18,966 nucleotides of DNA from Thermodesulfovibrionales bacterium (GTDB taxonomy: Bacteria; Nitrospirota; Thermodesulfovibrionia; Thermodesulfovibrionales; SM23-35). The notes beneath the pieces are model-generated. The model was not told where the DNA came from. It made no database searches and saw only the letters and a list, made by a program, of their open reading frames with translations. Shown one piece after another: positions 1-10,099 of the stretch. Location: the NCBI GenBank assembly GCA_963715195.1, contig CAVQRT010000021.1:1-18966 (forward strand), written 5' to 3'. Every line of letters starts with the position of its first letter. The stretch's first letter is position 1. The translations under genes were made by a program, and so were the position numbers.

Positions 1-317
1 ACATCGCCAAAAACATTATCGCCGCGGGCATCGCGGAGAGGGTCCAGGTGCAGATGGCCTATGCAATAGGCGTTCCGGAACCGGTATCCGTGCTCGCAGA
101 GACATACGGGACAGGCAGAATCCCCCAGGAAAAGATCGTAAAGCTCGTCAGGGATCATTTCAATCTTACCCCTCAGGGGATGATCGATACACTTGACCTC
201 AGAAGGCCTATCTATAAAAAGACCGCAGCATACGGGCATTTCGGGAGAAACGACCCGGATTTCACCTGGGAGAAGACAGACAAGGCAGAGGCACTGAAGA
301 AAGACGCAGGGCTGTAA
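1..317 (+). CDS. metK: S-adenosylmethionine synthetase, C-terminal part (5' truncated by window)
   Basis: Frame open from base 3: [42 protein letters not shown], the conserved MetK C-terminus; followed by ahcY. Confidence 0.97.
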   Translation, partial: IAKNIIAAGIAERVQVQMAYAIGVPEPVSVLAETYGTGRIPQEKIVKLVRDHFNLTPQGMIDTLDLRRPIYKKTAAYGHFGRNDPDFTWEKTDKAEALKKDAGL

Positions 318-382
318 TCAAGACACTGGGGGACACGCCTCTTTCGTCTTAGCACGCACCTGTTTTTACACTTTTATAGTGA

Positions 383-1666
<1,284 letters not shown>

Positions 1667-1706
1667 AACAACCGGGCCTTTTTGTGAGAAGGTCAAAATT
1701 GCACCG

Positions 1707-2201
1707 ATGATCACTGTGGCTGTCCTCACATTGAGCGACAAAGGCGCACAAGGTGAGCGTACTGACCTTAGCGGACCACTCATCCGCGAGATGCTGCTTA
1801 GAATCGGGGCAGAGGTAAGGTGCTCGGAAATCCTGCCGGATGAAAAAGCCATCATCAGGGACAAGCTCGAGGAATACAGCAGAAAAGTTGACCTGATCCT
1901 GACCACAGGCGGCACAGGGCTTTCCCCGAGGGACCAGACCCCGGACGCAACGCTCGAAATAATCGACAGGCCCGTCCCCGGCATTGCCGAGGCAATGAGA
2001 ATCGAGGGGCTCAAACACACTCCGCGGGCAATGCTTTCGAGGGCAGTCGCCGGCCTCAGGGGACACTGCCTGATCATCAACCTGCCCGGAAGTCCGAACG
2101 CAGTGAAGGAAAGCCTGGGGGCGGTGCTGGATATCATCCCTCACGCAATCGAAAAGAGCAAAGGCAATCCCTCGGACTGCGCACCCCTGAACAGCACATG
2201 A
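1707..2201 (+). CDS. mog: Molybdopterin adenylyltransferase (MogA/MoaB family)
   Basis: LTLSD, DLSGP, TTGGTGLSPRD, NLPGSP motifs; 164 aa; ATGA overlap with the next gene. Confidence 0.92.
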   Translation: MITVAVLTLSDKGAQGERTDLSGPLIREMLLRIGAEVRCSEILPDEKAIIRDKLEEYSRKVDLILTTGGTGLSPRDQTPDATLEIIDRPVPGIAEAMRIEGLKHTPRAMLSRAVAGLRGHCLIINLPGSPNAVKESLGAVLDIIPHAIEKSKGNPSDCAPLNST

Positions 2202-2920
2202 ACGACGTATCATTCCCCCTTGCGTTTCTGGCGGGTGTCCTTTCGTTCCTGTCCCCCTGTGTACTTCCCCTCGTTCCCTCGTATGTCTCTTTTATCACCG
2301 GAATCTCGTTCAGGGAACTGACTGTCGGCCTTGACAGAAAAAAGGTACAGCACCTCACCATGACACATTCGCTCGCGTTTATCGGGGGATTCTCAAGCGT
2401 ATTCATAGGCCTCGGGGTGTCTTCTTCTTTCCTCGGGAGTTTTTTCCTGGATTACCTCGATGAAATACGCGTCATAGGGGGGGTACTCGTCATCATTTTC
2501 GGGCTCTTTATTTCCGGTATCCTGAAGCTCGATTTTCTGATGAAGGACAAGAAATTGCACCTTACGGGGAAGCCCGCAGGCTACCTGGGGACCTTTTTTG
2601 TCGGCATGACCTTTGCAGCCGGCTGGAGCCCCTGCATAGGGCCGATACTCGGCACGATCCTTGTCTATGCAGGTTCACAAGGATCCTCCCTGTACGGGCT
2701 GAAACTGCTCACAGTCTATTCCCTGGGCCTCGCACTGCCCTTTTTTCTTTCTGCGGTCGGGTTCAATGCCTTCCTGAGCTATAGCCCCAGGGTCGTGAAA
2801 CACATACGGATCATCATGGCAATAAGCGCTTCAATCCTTATTCTCTTCGGGGTCATGCTGCTCACCGACCAGATCCGCATCATCGGAAAAATACTCCCTG
2901 ATTTCGGAATAAAGTTCTAG
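2198..2920 (+). CDS. ccdA: Cytochrome c biogenesis protein CcdA (DsbD transmembrane-domain family)
   Basis: Two Pro-Cys motifs (SFLSPCVLPLVP, GWSPCIGPILG) and about six hydrophobic segments. Confidence 0.92.
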   Translation: MNDVSFPLAFLAGVLSFLSPCVLPLVPSYVSFITGISFRELTVGLDRKKVQHLTMTHSLAFIGGFSSVFIGLGVSSSFLGSFFLDYLDEIRVIGGVLVIIFGLFISGILKLDFLMKDKKLHLTGKPAGYLGTFFVGMTFAAGWSPCIGPILGTILVYAGSQGSSLYGLKLLTVYSLGLALPFFLSAVGFNAFLSYSPRVVKHIRIIMAISASILILFGVMLLTDQIRIIGKILPDFGIKF

Positions 2921-3015
2921 GCCGATTTATCCGCAGCGAGTTCTGTGTTTTATAACTCCCCGTTATGCATCAGCCAATCATCACCACAGAAGTCCGGGGA
3001 GATCAAGAAAATAAC

Positions 3016-3042
3016 CTGGATTCCCGCCTTCGCGGGAATGAC
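3016..3042. repeat. REP/dRS3-like palindrome CTGGATTCCCGCCTTCGCGGGAATGAC
   Basis: ATTCCCGC-CTTC-GCGGGAAT perfect hairpin; fits the ATTCCC-N8-GGGAAT pattern of Neisseria dRS3; lies between convergent genes. Confidence 0.7.
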
Positions 3043-3052
3043 GTTTCTTAGC

Positions 3053-3232
3053 AGAGCCTACTTTATTTAGATATTTTCTCAGATATTGACAGGACAGAAT
3101 GTATGACCGCTCGTCATTTATTGCTTATTTCATAATAAGGAGGCAAAATCCCTCGGAGGCCAAAGACCGAGAATGAGCGAATACGCTCTATCCTGTCATG
3201 GGGAAAATAGCTCATGAATAATCGAAGGCTCT
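3053..3232. repeat. ~180-bp nested imperfect inverted-repeat (fold-back) element; MITE-like or structured RNA
   Basis: Nested pairs AGAGCCT 3053-3059 / AGGCTCT 3226-3232; TATTTTCTC / GGGAAAATA; TGACAGGA 3087-3094 / TCCTGTCA 3191-3198; CGCTC / GAGCG; plus two inner hairpins. Confidence 0.6.
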
Positions 3233-3349
3233 ATACTTCTTCATGAATGGATGAAGGCCTGCTTTATCAAACAAATACAAACGAAGTCGCATAATTCTCA
3301 GTGAAGTTTTTCAGCGGGGATCATGCCGGCATACACACAAAATAAGAGA

Positions 3350-4336
3350 TCAGAAGAGGCCCATCGCATCCCGGACACGCTTCATTGTATCTTCCGTCAC
3401 TCTTTTGGCCTTTTCCGTTCCCCTGTCAATGACGCCGGAGAGGATCTCCGGATGCTGGATCAGGCTGTTGCGCTTCTCCCAGATCGGTTCCATCACAGCA
3501 AAGAGGTTTTTGATCAGGATTTTCTTGCAGTCAATGCACCCGATGCCGGCCGTAGTGCACCCCTTGACAATTTCATCCTGCTCATCTTTTGAGGAGAAGA
3601 CCTTGTGAAGCTGGAATACAGGGGAAAGTTCAGGATTCCCCTTGTCGGTCTTTTTGACCCGTGCGGGATCGGTCACCATTGTCCTGATCTTCTGTTCGAC
3701 CACCTTCGGGTCATCTGAAAGGTACACTGCGTTGTCATAGCTCTTTGACATCTTTCTTCCGTCTGTCCCCGGGACTTTCGGGAACTCTGTAAGCAGGGCC
3801 TCCGGTTCAGGGAAGATTTCCCCGTAGAGATAATTGAAGCGGCGGGCAATCTCACGGCTTATCTCGAGGTGGGGGACCTGGTCAATGCCTACAGGGACAT
3901 ATTTTGCCCGGTAAATGATGATGTCCGCGGTCTGAAGGAGAGGGTATCCCAGAAACCCGTAGGTGGACAGGTCCCTCTCCTTGAGTTCAACCTGTTTTTC
4001 CTTGTAGGTGGGAACACGTTCGAGCCAGCCGAGAGGGGTGATCATCGAGAGCAGGAGATGAAGTTCCGCGTGCTCGATCACCCTGGACTGTATGAAGATG
4101 GTGCACTTTTCCGGATCAAGTCCTGCCGCGAGAAAATTGATCAGGATGTCCCTGGTCGACTCCCTGATGGAGGAAGTGTCGGCATATCCTGTCGTGAGAC
4201 TGTGCCAGTCTGCAACAAAGTAATAACAGTCGTATTTGTCCTGCAGCTTCACCCAGTTGCTCAATGCACCCACCAGGTTGCCGATATGAATCCGTCCGCT
4301 CGACTGCATTCCGCTCAGAACTCTTTCCTTGCCCAT
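3350..4336 (-). CDS. trpS: Tryptophanyl-tRNA synthetase
   Basis: HIGN and KMSKS class I motifs; YPLLQTADI and VPVGIDQVPH; GAGGTG RBS upstream of the ATG. Confidence 0.97.
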   Translation of the reverse strand: MGKERVLSGMQSSGRIHIGNLVGALSNWVKLQDKYDCYYFVADWHSLTTGYADTSSIRESTRDILINFLAAGLDPEKCTIFIQSRVIEHAELHLLLSMITPLGWLERVPTYKEKQVELKERDLSTYGFLGYPLLQTADIIIYRAKYVPVGIDQVPHLEISREIARRFNYLYGEIFPEPEALLTEFPKVPGTDGRKMSKSYDNAVYLSDDPKVVEQKIRTMVTDPARVKKTDKGNPELSPVFQLHKVFSSKDEQDEIVKGCTTAGIGCIDCKKILIKNLFAVMEPIWEKRNSLIQHPEILSGVIDRGTEKAKRVTEDTMKRVRDAMGLF

Positions 4337-4409
4337 CTATCACCTCGCACACATTATAGTTTATGTTTTAACTTCTTTTGCCCGCATCACGCGGGAATGG
4401 CCTCCCGGC

Positions 4410-5078
4410 CTAAAACATCTGCAGCAGCCAGAGAAAAAAGGACACGAGAGGCATAATAAAATAACTCGCGATCCCGGTCATAATAAGGATCACGACAATC
4501 AGGAACCCGAAAGGCTCTATCCTGCTGAATGAGATCGCCTGTTTGGTGGGGAGAAACCCTGTCAGTACCCTTCCCCCGTCAAGGGGCGGGATCGGTATCA
4601 TGTTGAAGGCAGCGAGCACAACATTGATGATCACACTCGATTTCAGTATCATGGCCACCGGGGTGAAGACTGTTTCGGTCACAGATTCGGGCAACAGAAA
4701 TGACAGGGGCACTACCACAAACTTGAGGATCAGAATACTCGCGATCGCCAGGAGGATGTTCGTAATCGGGCCGGCTGCCGCGGAAATCGCCATGTCCTTC
4801 TTCGGGTTCTTGAAATTCATGGGGTTGATCGGGACCGGTTTTGCATACCCGAAGACAAACTGTCCTTGTGTGAGCACAATCAGCATGAAGGGCATCAGAA
4901 TGGTGCCGATAGGGTCGATATGGGCAATCGGGTTGAGTGTGAGCCTCCCCATCATCTTCGCAGTAGGGTCCCCCAGCCTGTTCGCCACAAATCCATGCGA
5001 GACTTCATGGAACGTGATAGCGATCAGTATCGGAAACGCTGAGATAACAATTCTTTGTGTTATATCCCCAAAATCCAC
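4410..5078 (-). CDS. Site-2 protease family (M50) membrane zinc metalloprotease
   Basis: HEVSH zinc motif, GDPT..GRLTLNP, AGP, FNMIPIPPLDG; GTG start with AGGTGA upstream. Confidence 0.93.
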   Translation of the reverse strand: MDFGDITQRIVISAFPILIAITFHEVSHGFVANRLGDPTAKMMGRLTLNPIAHIDPIGTILMPFMLIVLTQGQFVFGYAKPVPINPMNFKNPKKDMAISAAAGPITNILLAIASILILKFVVVPLSFLLPESVTETVFTPVAMILKSSVIINVVLAAFNMIPIPPLDGGRVLTGFLPTKQAISFSRIEPFGFLIVVILIMTGIASYFIMPLVSFFLWLLQMF

Positions 5079-5190
5079 CGCGGGTCACCTTTTCTCTGAA
5101 TATTCGAATCCCCGGTAAAAAGCGAGTTGCCAATACCCGAACATTATTTTTATCCCTGTGAAGCCTGCCCGGGGAGAGGACAGTCAAGTA

Positions 5191-5216
5191 AAAACAAACC
5201 GGGGTCCAGCCCCGGT
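5191..5216 (-). terminator. Intrinsic terminator-like hairpin upstream of the site-2 protease/trpS genes
   Basis: Minus strand ACCGGGG-CTGGA-CCCCGGT followed by TTGTTTTT. Confidence 0.55.
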
Positions 5217-5277
5217 CCCGGCATGACAGACCCAGCAACCGCGCTGAATCCGCATCTGCGCTCTTTTCAGTAAAAAC

Positions 5278-5307
5278 ACTATACTGTGTATGAAAACAAG
5301 TTGTCAA
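5278..5307 (-). promoter_or_regulatory. Sigma70-type promoter, leftward
   Basis: Minus strand TTGACA (5307-5302), 18 nt, TATAGT (5283-5278). Confidence 0.55.
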
Positions 5308-5329
5308 GTAACTCAAAACAATATATAAT
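5301..5329 (+). promoter_or_regulatory. Sigma70-type promoter of the kdsB-pyrG-kdsA-kdsD operon
   Basis: TTGTCA (5301-5306), 17 nt, TATAAT (5324-5329), 17 nt upstream of the kdsB ATG. Confidence 0.65.
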
Positions 5330-5346
5330 GAAGAAATAATTTGGTT

Positions 5347-6162
5347 ATGACTGTTGGAGTCATCATTCCCGCCCGTTATGATTCAACCCGTTTTCCGGGG
5401 AAGCCCCTCTACCCTCTGAAAGGGAAACCTCTTATTCAATATGTGTATGAAAACGCCTCGCGTGCGCAGAAGGCAGATGACGTAATCGTGGCAACAGACA
5501 GCGAAGCGATACGTGACGCCGTGATCACCTTCGGAGGAAATGCGGTCATGACAGACAAAGGGCATCCCTCAGGCACCGACCGTATCGCGGAAATTGCAGG
5601 CAACTCGGACTATGATATAATTGTCAATGTGCAGGCCGACGAGCCCCTTATACGGCCGGAAATGATAGACGATTCAATCTCACTGCTTGATGACCAAAGG
5701 GCCTCTCTCGGTACGCTCATGAAGAGAATCAAAGATCCCGGGGAGATCGCCGATCCGAATGTAGTGAAGGTTGTGGTCGATACAGAAGGGTTTGCCCTCT
5801 ATTTTTCGCGCGCTCCAATCCCGTTTCGGAGGGATGAATGGAACATGGCAGCACCTGCCTATCCACAGGGGAGTCCGTCAGGGACGCACACCATGCAGCC
5901 GGCATTCCAGTTTTTCTGTCCGTCCCTCGGAGCAGAGAGCTTTTTCAAACACGTCGGTATCTACAGCTACAGGAGGGACTCGCTGCTTTCGCTCTCCAGG
6001 ATGGCTCCCTCCAGGGTCGAGCGCATCGAAAAACTCGAGCAACTGCGTGCGCTTGAGCACGGCATGAAGATCAAGGTACTGGAGACTTTTTTCGAAACTT
6101 ATGGGGTTGATATCCCCGAAGATGTGGAAAGGGTTGAGCAATGTCTAAATATATCTTCGTAA
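5347..6162 (+). CDS. kdsB: 3-deoxy-manno-octulosonate cytidylyltransferase (CMP-Kdo synthetase)
   Basis: [56 protein letters not shown] 5347 chosen over TTG 5341. Confidence 0.96.
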   Translation: MTVGVIIPARYDSTRFPGKPLYPLKGKPLIQYVYENASRAQKADDVIVATDSEAIRDAVITFGGNAVMTDKGHPSGTDRIAEIAGNSDYDIIVNVQADEPLIRPEMIDDSISLLDDQRASLGTLMKRIKDPGEIADPNVVKVVVDTEGFALYFSRAPIPFRRDEWNMAAPAYPQGSPSGTHTMQPAFQFFCPSLGAESFFKHVGIYSYRRDSLLSLSRMAPSRVERIEKLEQLRALEHGMKIKVLETFFETYGVDIPEDVERVEQCLNISS

Positions 6163-7817
6163 CTGGCGGGGTTGTGTCTGCACTCGGCAAGGGGATTGCG
6201 GCTGCCGCGACCGGTGCGCTTCTTGAAGCAAGGGGACTGAGGGTCACGCTCCAGAAGCTTGATCCGTATATCAATGTCGACCCGGGCACCTTGAGTCCGT
6301 TCCAGCACGGCGAAGTCTTTGTGACTGACGACGGCATCGAGACTGACCTTGACCTCGGGCATTACGAGCGCTTCACTTCGGTAAGGACCTCCCAAGCAAA
6401 CAACTACACCACGGGGAAAATCTACTACAACGTCATCAAGAAAGAGCGCCAGGGAGACTATCTCGGGGAAACGGTACAGGTGGTCCCTCATATCACCGAC
6501 GAAATCAAGCGGGCAATAAAATCAGCACGCGACAGTTACGACATCGTGATCGTTGAGATCGGCGGGACCATCGGAGACATCGAAAGCCTTCCTTTTCTCG
6601 AGGCGATCAGGCAGATCAGGTATGACGTGGGAAGGGAGAACGTCCTATATATGCACCTCACCCTTATCCCTTACATAAAGACCGCAGGTGAACTGAAGAC
6701 AAAGCCGACACAGCATAGCGTGAAGGAGTTCAGGGAGATCGGTATTCAGCCGGACATCCTCCTCTGCAGGACCGAAATGCCGATCCCCGCTGACGCAAAG
6801 AAGAAGATCGCAATCCATTGTAACCTCGATTTGGACGCAGTCATCGCTGCCGAAGATGTCGAGACCATCTACGAAGTCCCCCTTATGCTGCACCGCGAAG
6901 GGCTCGATAACCTTATTGACAAGAAACTGCACCTCAATACCCAGGAACCCGACGTCAGGCGGTGGGAAGAGATCGTGAGAAAGATCATCGAGCCGAAAAA
7001 CCAGGTGACTATCGCGATCGTGGGGAAATATACCGGGCTCAAGGATTCGTACAAGAGCCTTATGGAAGCGCTCACACACGGAGGGATTGCAAATGATTGC
7101 CGCGTTGATCTCGAATGGATCGACTCCGAAGATATAGAGGCGAACGGACCGGAACGATATCTTAACGAAGCGGACGGGATACTTGTTCCCGGAGGATTCG
7201 GCTACAGGGGGATCGAGGGAAAGGTCAAAGCGATCTCGTATGCCCGTGAAAAGAAGATCCCTTATTTCGGCATCTGCCTCGGGATGCAGTGTGCAGTCAT
7301 AGAATTCTCCCGTAATGTCTGTGGCCTTTCGTCGAACAGCACCGAGTTCGACCTGCATGTGAAAGACCCCGTAATCTATCTTATGGAACGCTGGTACGAT
7401 TTCAGAAAAGGCCGGACAGAGGAACGGTCAGAGGAATCACATAAAGGGGGGACGATGAGGCTCGGTGCATACCCGTGCGTGCTTCAGGAAAATACCCAGG
7501 CATTCAAGGCCTACGGACAGAAAGAGATCTCCGAGCGTCACCGGCACCGCTACGAATTCAACAACAACTACCGCGACATCATGACAAGCAACGGACTGAA
7601 AATAAGCGGATTGAGTCCTGACGGGGAGCTTGTCGAGATTGTCGAAATCGAAGACCACCCCTGGTTCCTCGGCTGCCAGTTCCACCCCGAATTCAAGTCA
7701 CGCCCGACAAACCCCCATCCTCTTTTCAGGGCGTTCATAGAAGCGGCCCTGAGAGAAAAGAGATCGCTGTTCCCGTATCTTGAAATCAACACACAAGAGA
7801 AGACGAGGGGCCTGTAA
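6141..7817 (+). CDS. pyrG: CTP synthase
   Basis: [58 protein letters not shown]; overlaps the kdsB end by 22 nt. Confidence 0.98.
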   Translation: MSKYIFVTGGVVSALGKGIAAAATGALLEARGLRVTLQKLDPYINVDPGTLSPFQHGEVFVTDDGIETDLDLGHYERFTSVRTSQANNYTTGKIYYNVIKKERQGDYLGETVQVVPHITDEIKRAIKSARDSYDIVIVEIGGTIGDIESLPFLEAIRQIRYDVGRENVLYMHLTLIPYIKTAGELKTKPTQHSVKEFREIGIQPDILLCRTEMPIPADAKKKIAIHCNLDLDAVIAAEDVETIYEVPLMLHREGLDNLIDKKLHLNTQEPDVRRWEEIVRKIIEPKNQVTIAIVGKYTGLKDSYKSLMEALTHGGIANDCRVDLEWIDSEDIEANGPERYLNEADGILVPGGFGYRGIEGKVKAISYAREKKIPYFGICLGMQCAVIEFSRNVCGLSSNSTEFDLHVKDPVIYLMERWYDFRKGRTEERSEESHKGGTMRLGAYPCVLQENTQAFKAYGQKEISERHRHRYEFNNNYRDIMTSNGLKISGLSPDGELVEIVEIEDHPWFLGCQFHPEFKSRPTNPHPLFRAFIEAALREKRSLFPYLEINTQEKTRGL

Positions 7818-7820
7818 CCG

Positions 7821-8654
7821 TTGACAAGGGCAATAGGGATCTCCGGGATAACATTCGGCGGGGGCAATCCCCCCGTGATCATTGCCGGTCCCTGCGTAAT
7901 CGAAAACGAAGACATTACCTTTTCGACCGCGGAAAGACTGGGGGAAATCTGCAGGAAGACAGGCCTTCCCCTCATATTCAAAAGCTCCTATGACAAGGCA
8001 AACAGGTCTTCCCTTTCGTCCTTCAGGGGTCCCCTTCTCGCAAAAGGCCTGCGCATACTGTCCGAAGTAAAGAGCAGGTACAATATCCCTGTCATCTCTG
8101 ATGTCCACTCTGTAGAGGAGGTCAAGCCCGCATCAGAGGTGCTCGATATCCTCCAGATCCCGGCGTTCCTCTGCAGGCAGACCGACCTGATCCTTGCCGC
8201 CTCAGCAACGGGGAAGCCTGTGAATATCAAGAAAGGACAATTCCTGGCCCCGTGGGACGTGAAGAATATTATTCAGAAGTTCACCTCGACTGGCAATCAG
8301 GACATCTGCATCACCGAGAGGGGGGTAAGCTTCGGGTACAACAACCTTGTCGTCGATTTCAGGGCGTTCCCGATTATGCGTTCCCTCGGGTACCCCGTGA
8401 TCTTTGATGTCACGCACAGCCTTCAGCTCCCGGGAGGCAAGGGGGAAAGCTCAGACGGGCAGAGTCAATTTACAGCTCCGCTGGCCCGTGCTGCGGCTGC
8501 AGCCGGAGTCGACGGGTTCTTTATGGAAGTCCATCCGGAACCTGAAAAGGCCCTGTGCGACGGGCCGAACATGCTGCAGCTTGATCACCTGGAAACCCTC
8601 CTCGCGACATTGAAAAAGATAGATGCAGCAATAAAAAACCACCCATCGCCCTGA
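7821..8654 (+). CDS. kdsA: Kdo-8-phosphate synthase, metal-dependent type
   Basis: AGPCVIE (Cys of the metal-dependent class), KSSYDKANRSS, QIPAFLCRQTDL, KKGQFLAP, ERG, FDVTHS, CDG; TTG start. Confidence 0.96.
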   Translation: MTRAIGISGITFGGGNPPVIIAGPCVIENEDITFSTAERLGEICRKTGLPLIFKSSYDKANRSSLSSFRGPLLAKGLRILSEVKSRYNIPVISDVHSVEEVKPASEVLDILQIPAFLCRQTDLILAASATGKPVNIKKGQFLAPWDVKNIIQKFTSTGNQDICITERGVSFGYNNLVVDFRAFPIMRSLGYPVIFDVTHSLQLPGGKGESSDGQSQFTAPLARAAAAAGVDGFFMEVHPEPEKALCDGPNMLQLDHLETLLATLKKIDAAIKNHPSP

Positions 8655-8741
8655 TACGTTCTGCCTGAGACATATCCAACGTGTGCGGAAAAACAAAAAT
8701 CTGTTATGATATTTCAACATTACTGCATCCTGTGCAAAAAC

Positions 8742-9755
8742 ATGGCAAAACAATCTAAGAAACGCCTGACGCGGCAGCCCGGCAGAAAAACAAGCCCGCT
8801 CAGTATCGCAAGAACTGTACTGAGAACAGAAGCCCGGGCCGTGGCATCCCTGATCAGGAAACTGAACTCGAATTTCCAGAAAGCAGTGGATACCCTTTAC
8901 GAAAGCAGGGGGCGGGTCGTCGTGACCGGCATGGGCAAGTCCGGCCTTGTCGGCAAGAAGATTGCCGCAACCCTTGCATCAACCGGAACCCCCTCTTTTT
9001 TCCTTCACCCTGCTGAAGCGAGCCACGGTGACCTCGGGATGGTCACCCCTGATGACATCATCATCGCGCTCTCCTACAGCGGCGAAACCGAGGAAATCCT
9101 CGGGCTGATCCCGTTCCTCAAAAGGTTTGACGTCACCATTATTGCCATTACGGGCAACCAGAAGTCTCACCTTGCTATAAATGCGGACATATCCCTTGAT
9201 ATTTCAGTCGATCAGGAGGCCTGTCCTATCGCTGTCGTGCCGACGGCTTCGACGACCGCCGCAATGGCAATGGGGGACGCCATCGCGGTCGCACTCCTCT
9301 CAAAAAGGGGATTCCGTGAAGAGGACTTCGCGTTGTATCATCCCAAAGGCAGTATCGGGAAAAAACTCTTCATCAGGGTGAGTGACCTTATGCATACCGG
9401 GAAGCATCTTCCCCTTGTGACAGTCGCCACCCCCTTATCAAAGGCAGTCATTGAGCTGTCGTCCAAAAGGCTCGGCCACTGTATCGTGGTTCAGAAAAAC
9501 GGGAAAATGGCCGGGGTAATCACAGACGGGGACGTAAGGAGAGGATTGCAGAAATGGAAGGGGAAGCTCTTTGAGATGTCCGCAAGAGAAGTCATGACAA
9601 AGAACCCCAAGACCATTGCCCCTGAGGAACTCGCGGCAAAGGCGCTGTCCATCATGGAGACCCATTCGATCACTGCCCTGGTAATCCTTGACGGCCAGGA
9701 AAGGCCTGTCGGCATCATCCACCTGCACGACATACTCAAACAGGGCATCGCCTAA
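8742..9755 (+). CDS. kdsD: Arabinose-5-phosphate isomerase (KpsF/GutQ family, SIS plus two CBS domains)
   Basis: GMGKSG, TLASTGTP, HPAEASHGDLG, SYSGET, PTASTT, HPKG and a C-terminal CBS pair. Start uncertain (8706 or 8742). Confidence 0.94.
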   Translation: MAKQSKKRLTRQPGRKTSPLSIARTVLRTEARAVASLIRKLNSNFQKAVDTLYESRGRVVVTGMGKSGLVGKKIAATLASTGTPSFFLHPAEASHGDLGMVTPDDIIIALSYSGETEEILGLIPFLKRFDVTIIAITGNQKSHLAINADISLDISVDQEACPIAVVPTASTTAAMAMGDAIAVALLSKRGFREEDFALYHPKGSIGKKLFIRVSDLMHTGKHLPLVTVATPLSKAVIELSSKRLGHCIVVQKNGKMAGVITDGDVRRGLQKWKGKLFEMSAREVMTKNPKTIAPEELAAKALSIMETHSITALVILDGQERPVGIIHLHDILKQGIA

Positions 9756-10042
9756 GGGGTCCGGTCTCAAGATTTGGTATTCCGATTTTTCCCCGTTAGT
9801 TTCGATGCTCCATCTGTTTGCATCCTGTGATGCAACAAAAATATCCTCATGTATGCCAGGCTGGGGAAAAACCAAACAATTAAGGATACCTCTCAGTAAT
9901 ATGCACTTCGGGTATTCTGAGGCCAATGCGTCTTGCTTCATCCTAACACGCAAGTTGGGGAACCCTAAAAAACTGCGGACTTTATCTGCAAATCAACACT
10001 ATATGGATTTTTGAAAGGTGAGTATTTCTGGTATTAAGCAAT

Positions 10043-10071
10043 AAAAAGGCAGAGCCATCGCTGACTCTGCC
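10043..10071 (-). terminator. Intrinsic terminator downstream of the OmpA-domain gene
   Basis: Minus strand GGCAGAGTCA-GCGA-TGGCTCTGCC-TTTTT: 10-bp stem with one G-U pair, GNRA loop, U tract. Confidence 0.85.
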
Positions 10072-10099
10072 CTTAAAAGCACACAATATAAGATATGGG

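Noticed and set aside
5223..5237. CxxCH haem-binding motif (CWVCH) in the 23-aa leader ORF
   Set aside because: No export signal and far too short for a cytochrome c; most likely chance.
5079..5275. T-box riboswitch for trpS
   Set aside because: No T-box antiterminator consensus (UGGNACC in context) before the terminator, and too little room for stem I.
9688..10014. ORF 9688-10014 as a gene following kdsD
   Set aside because: It overlaps kdsD out of frame, crosses the composition junction, and lacks an RBS or any family motif.
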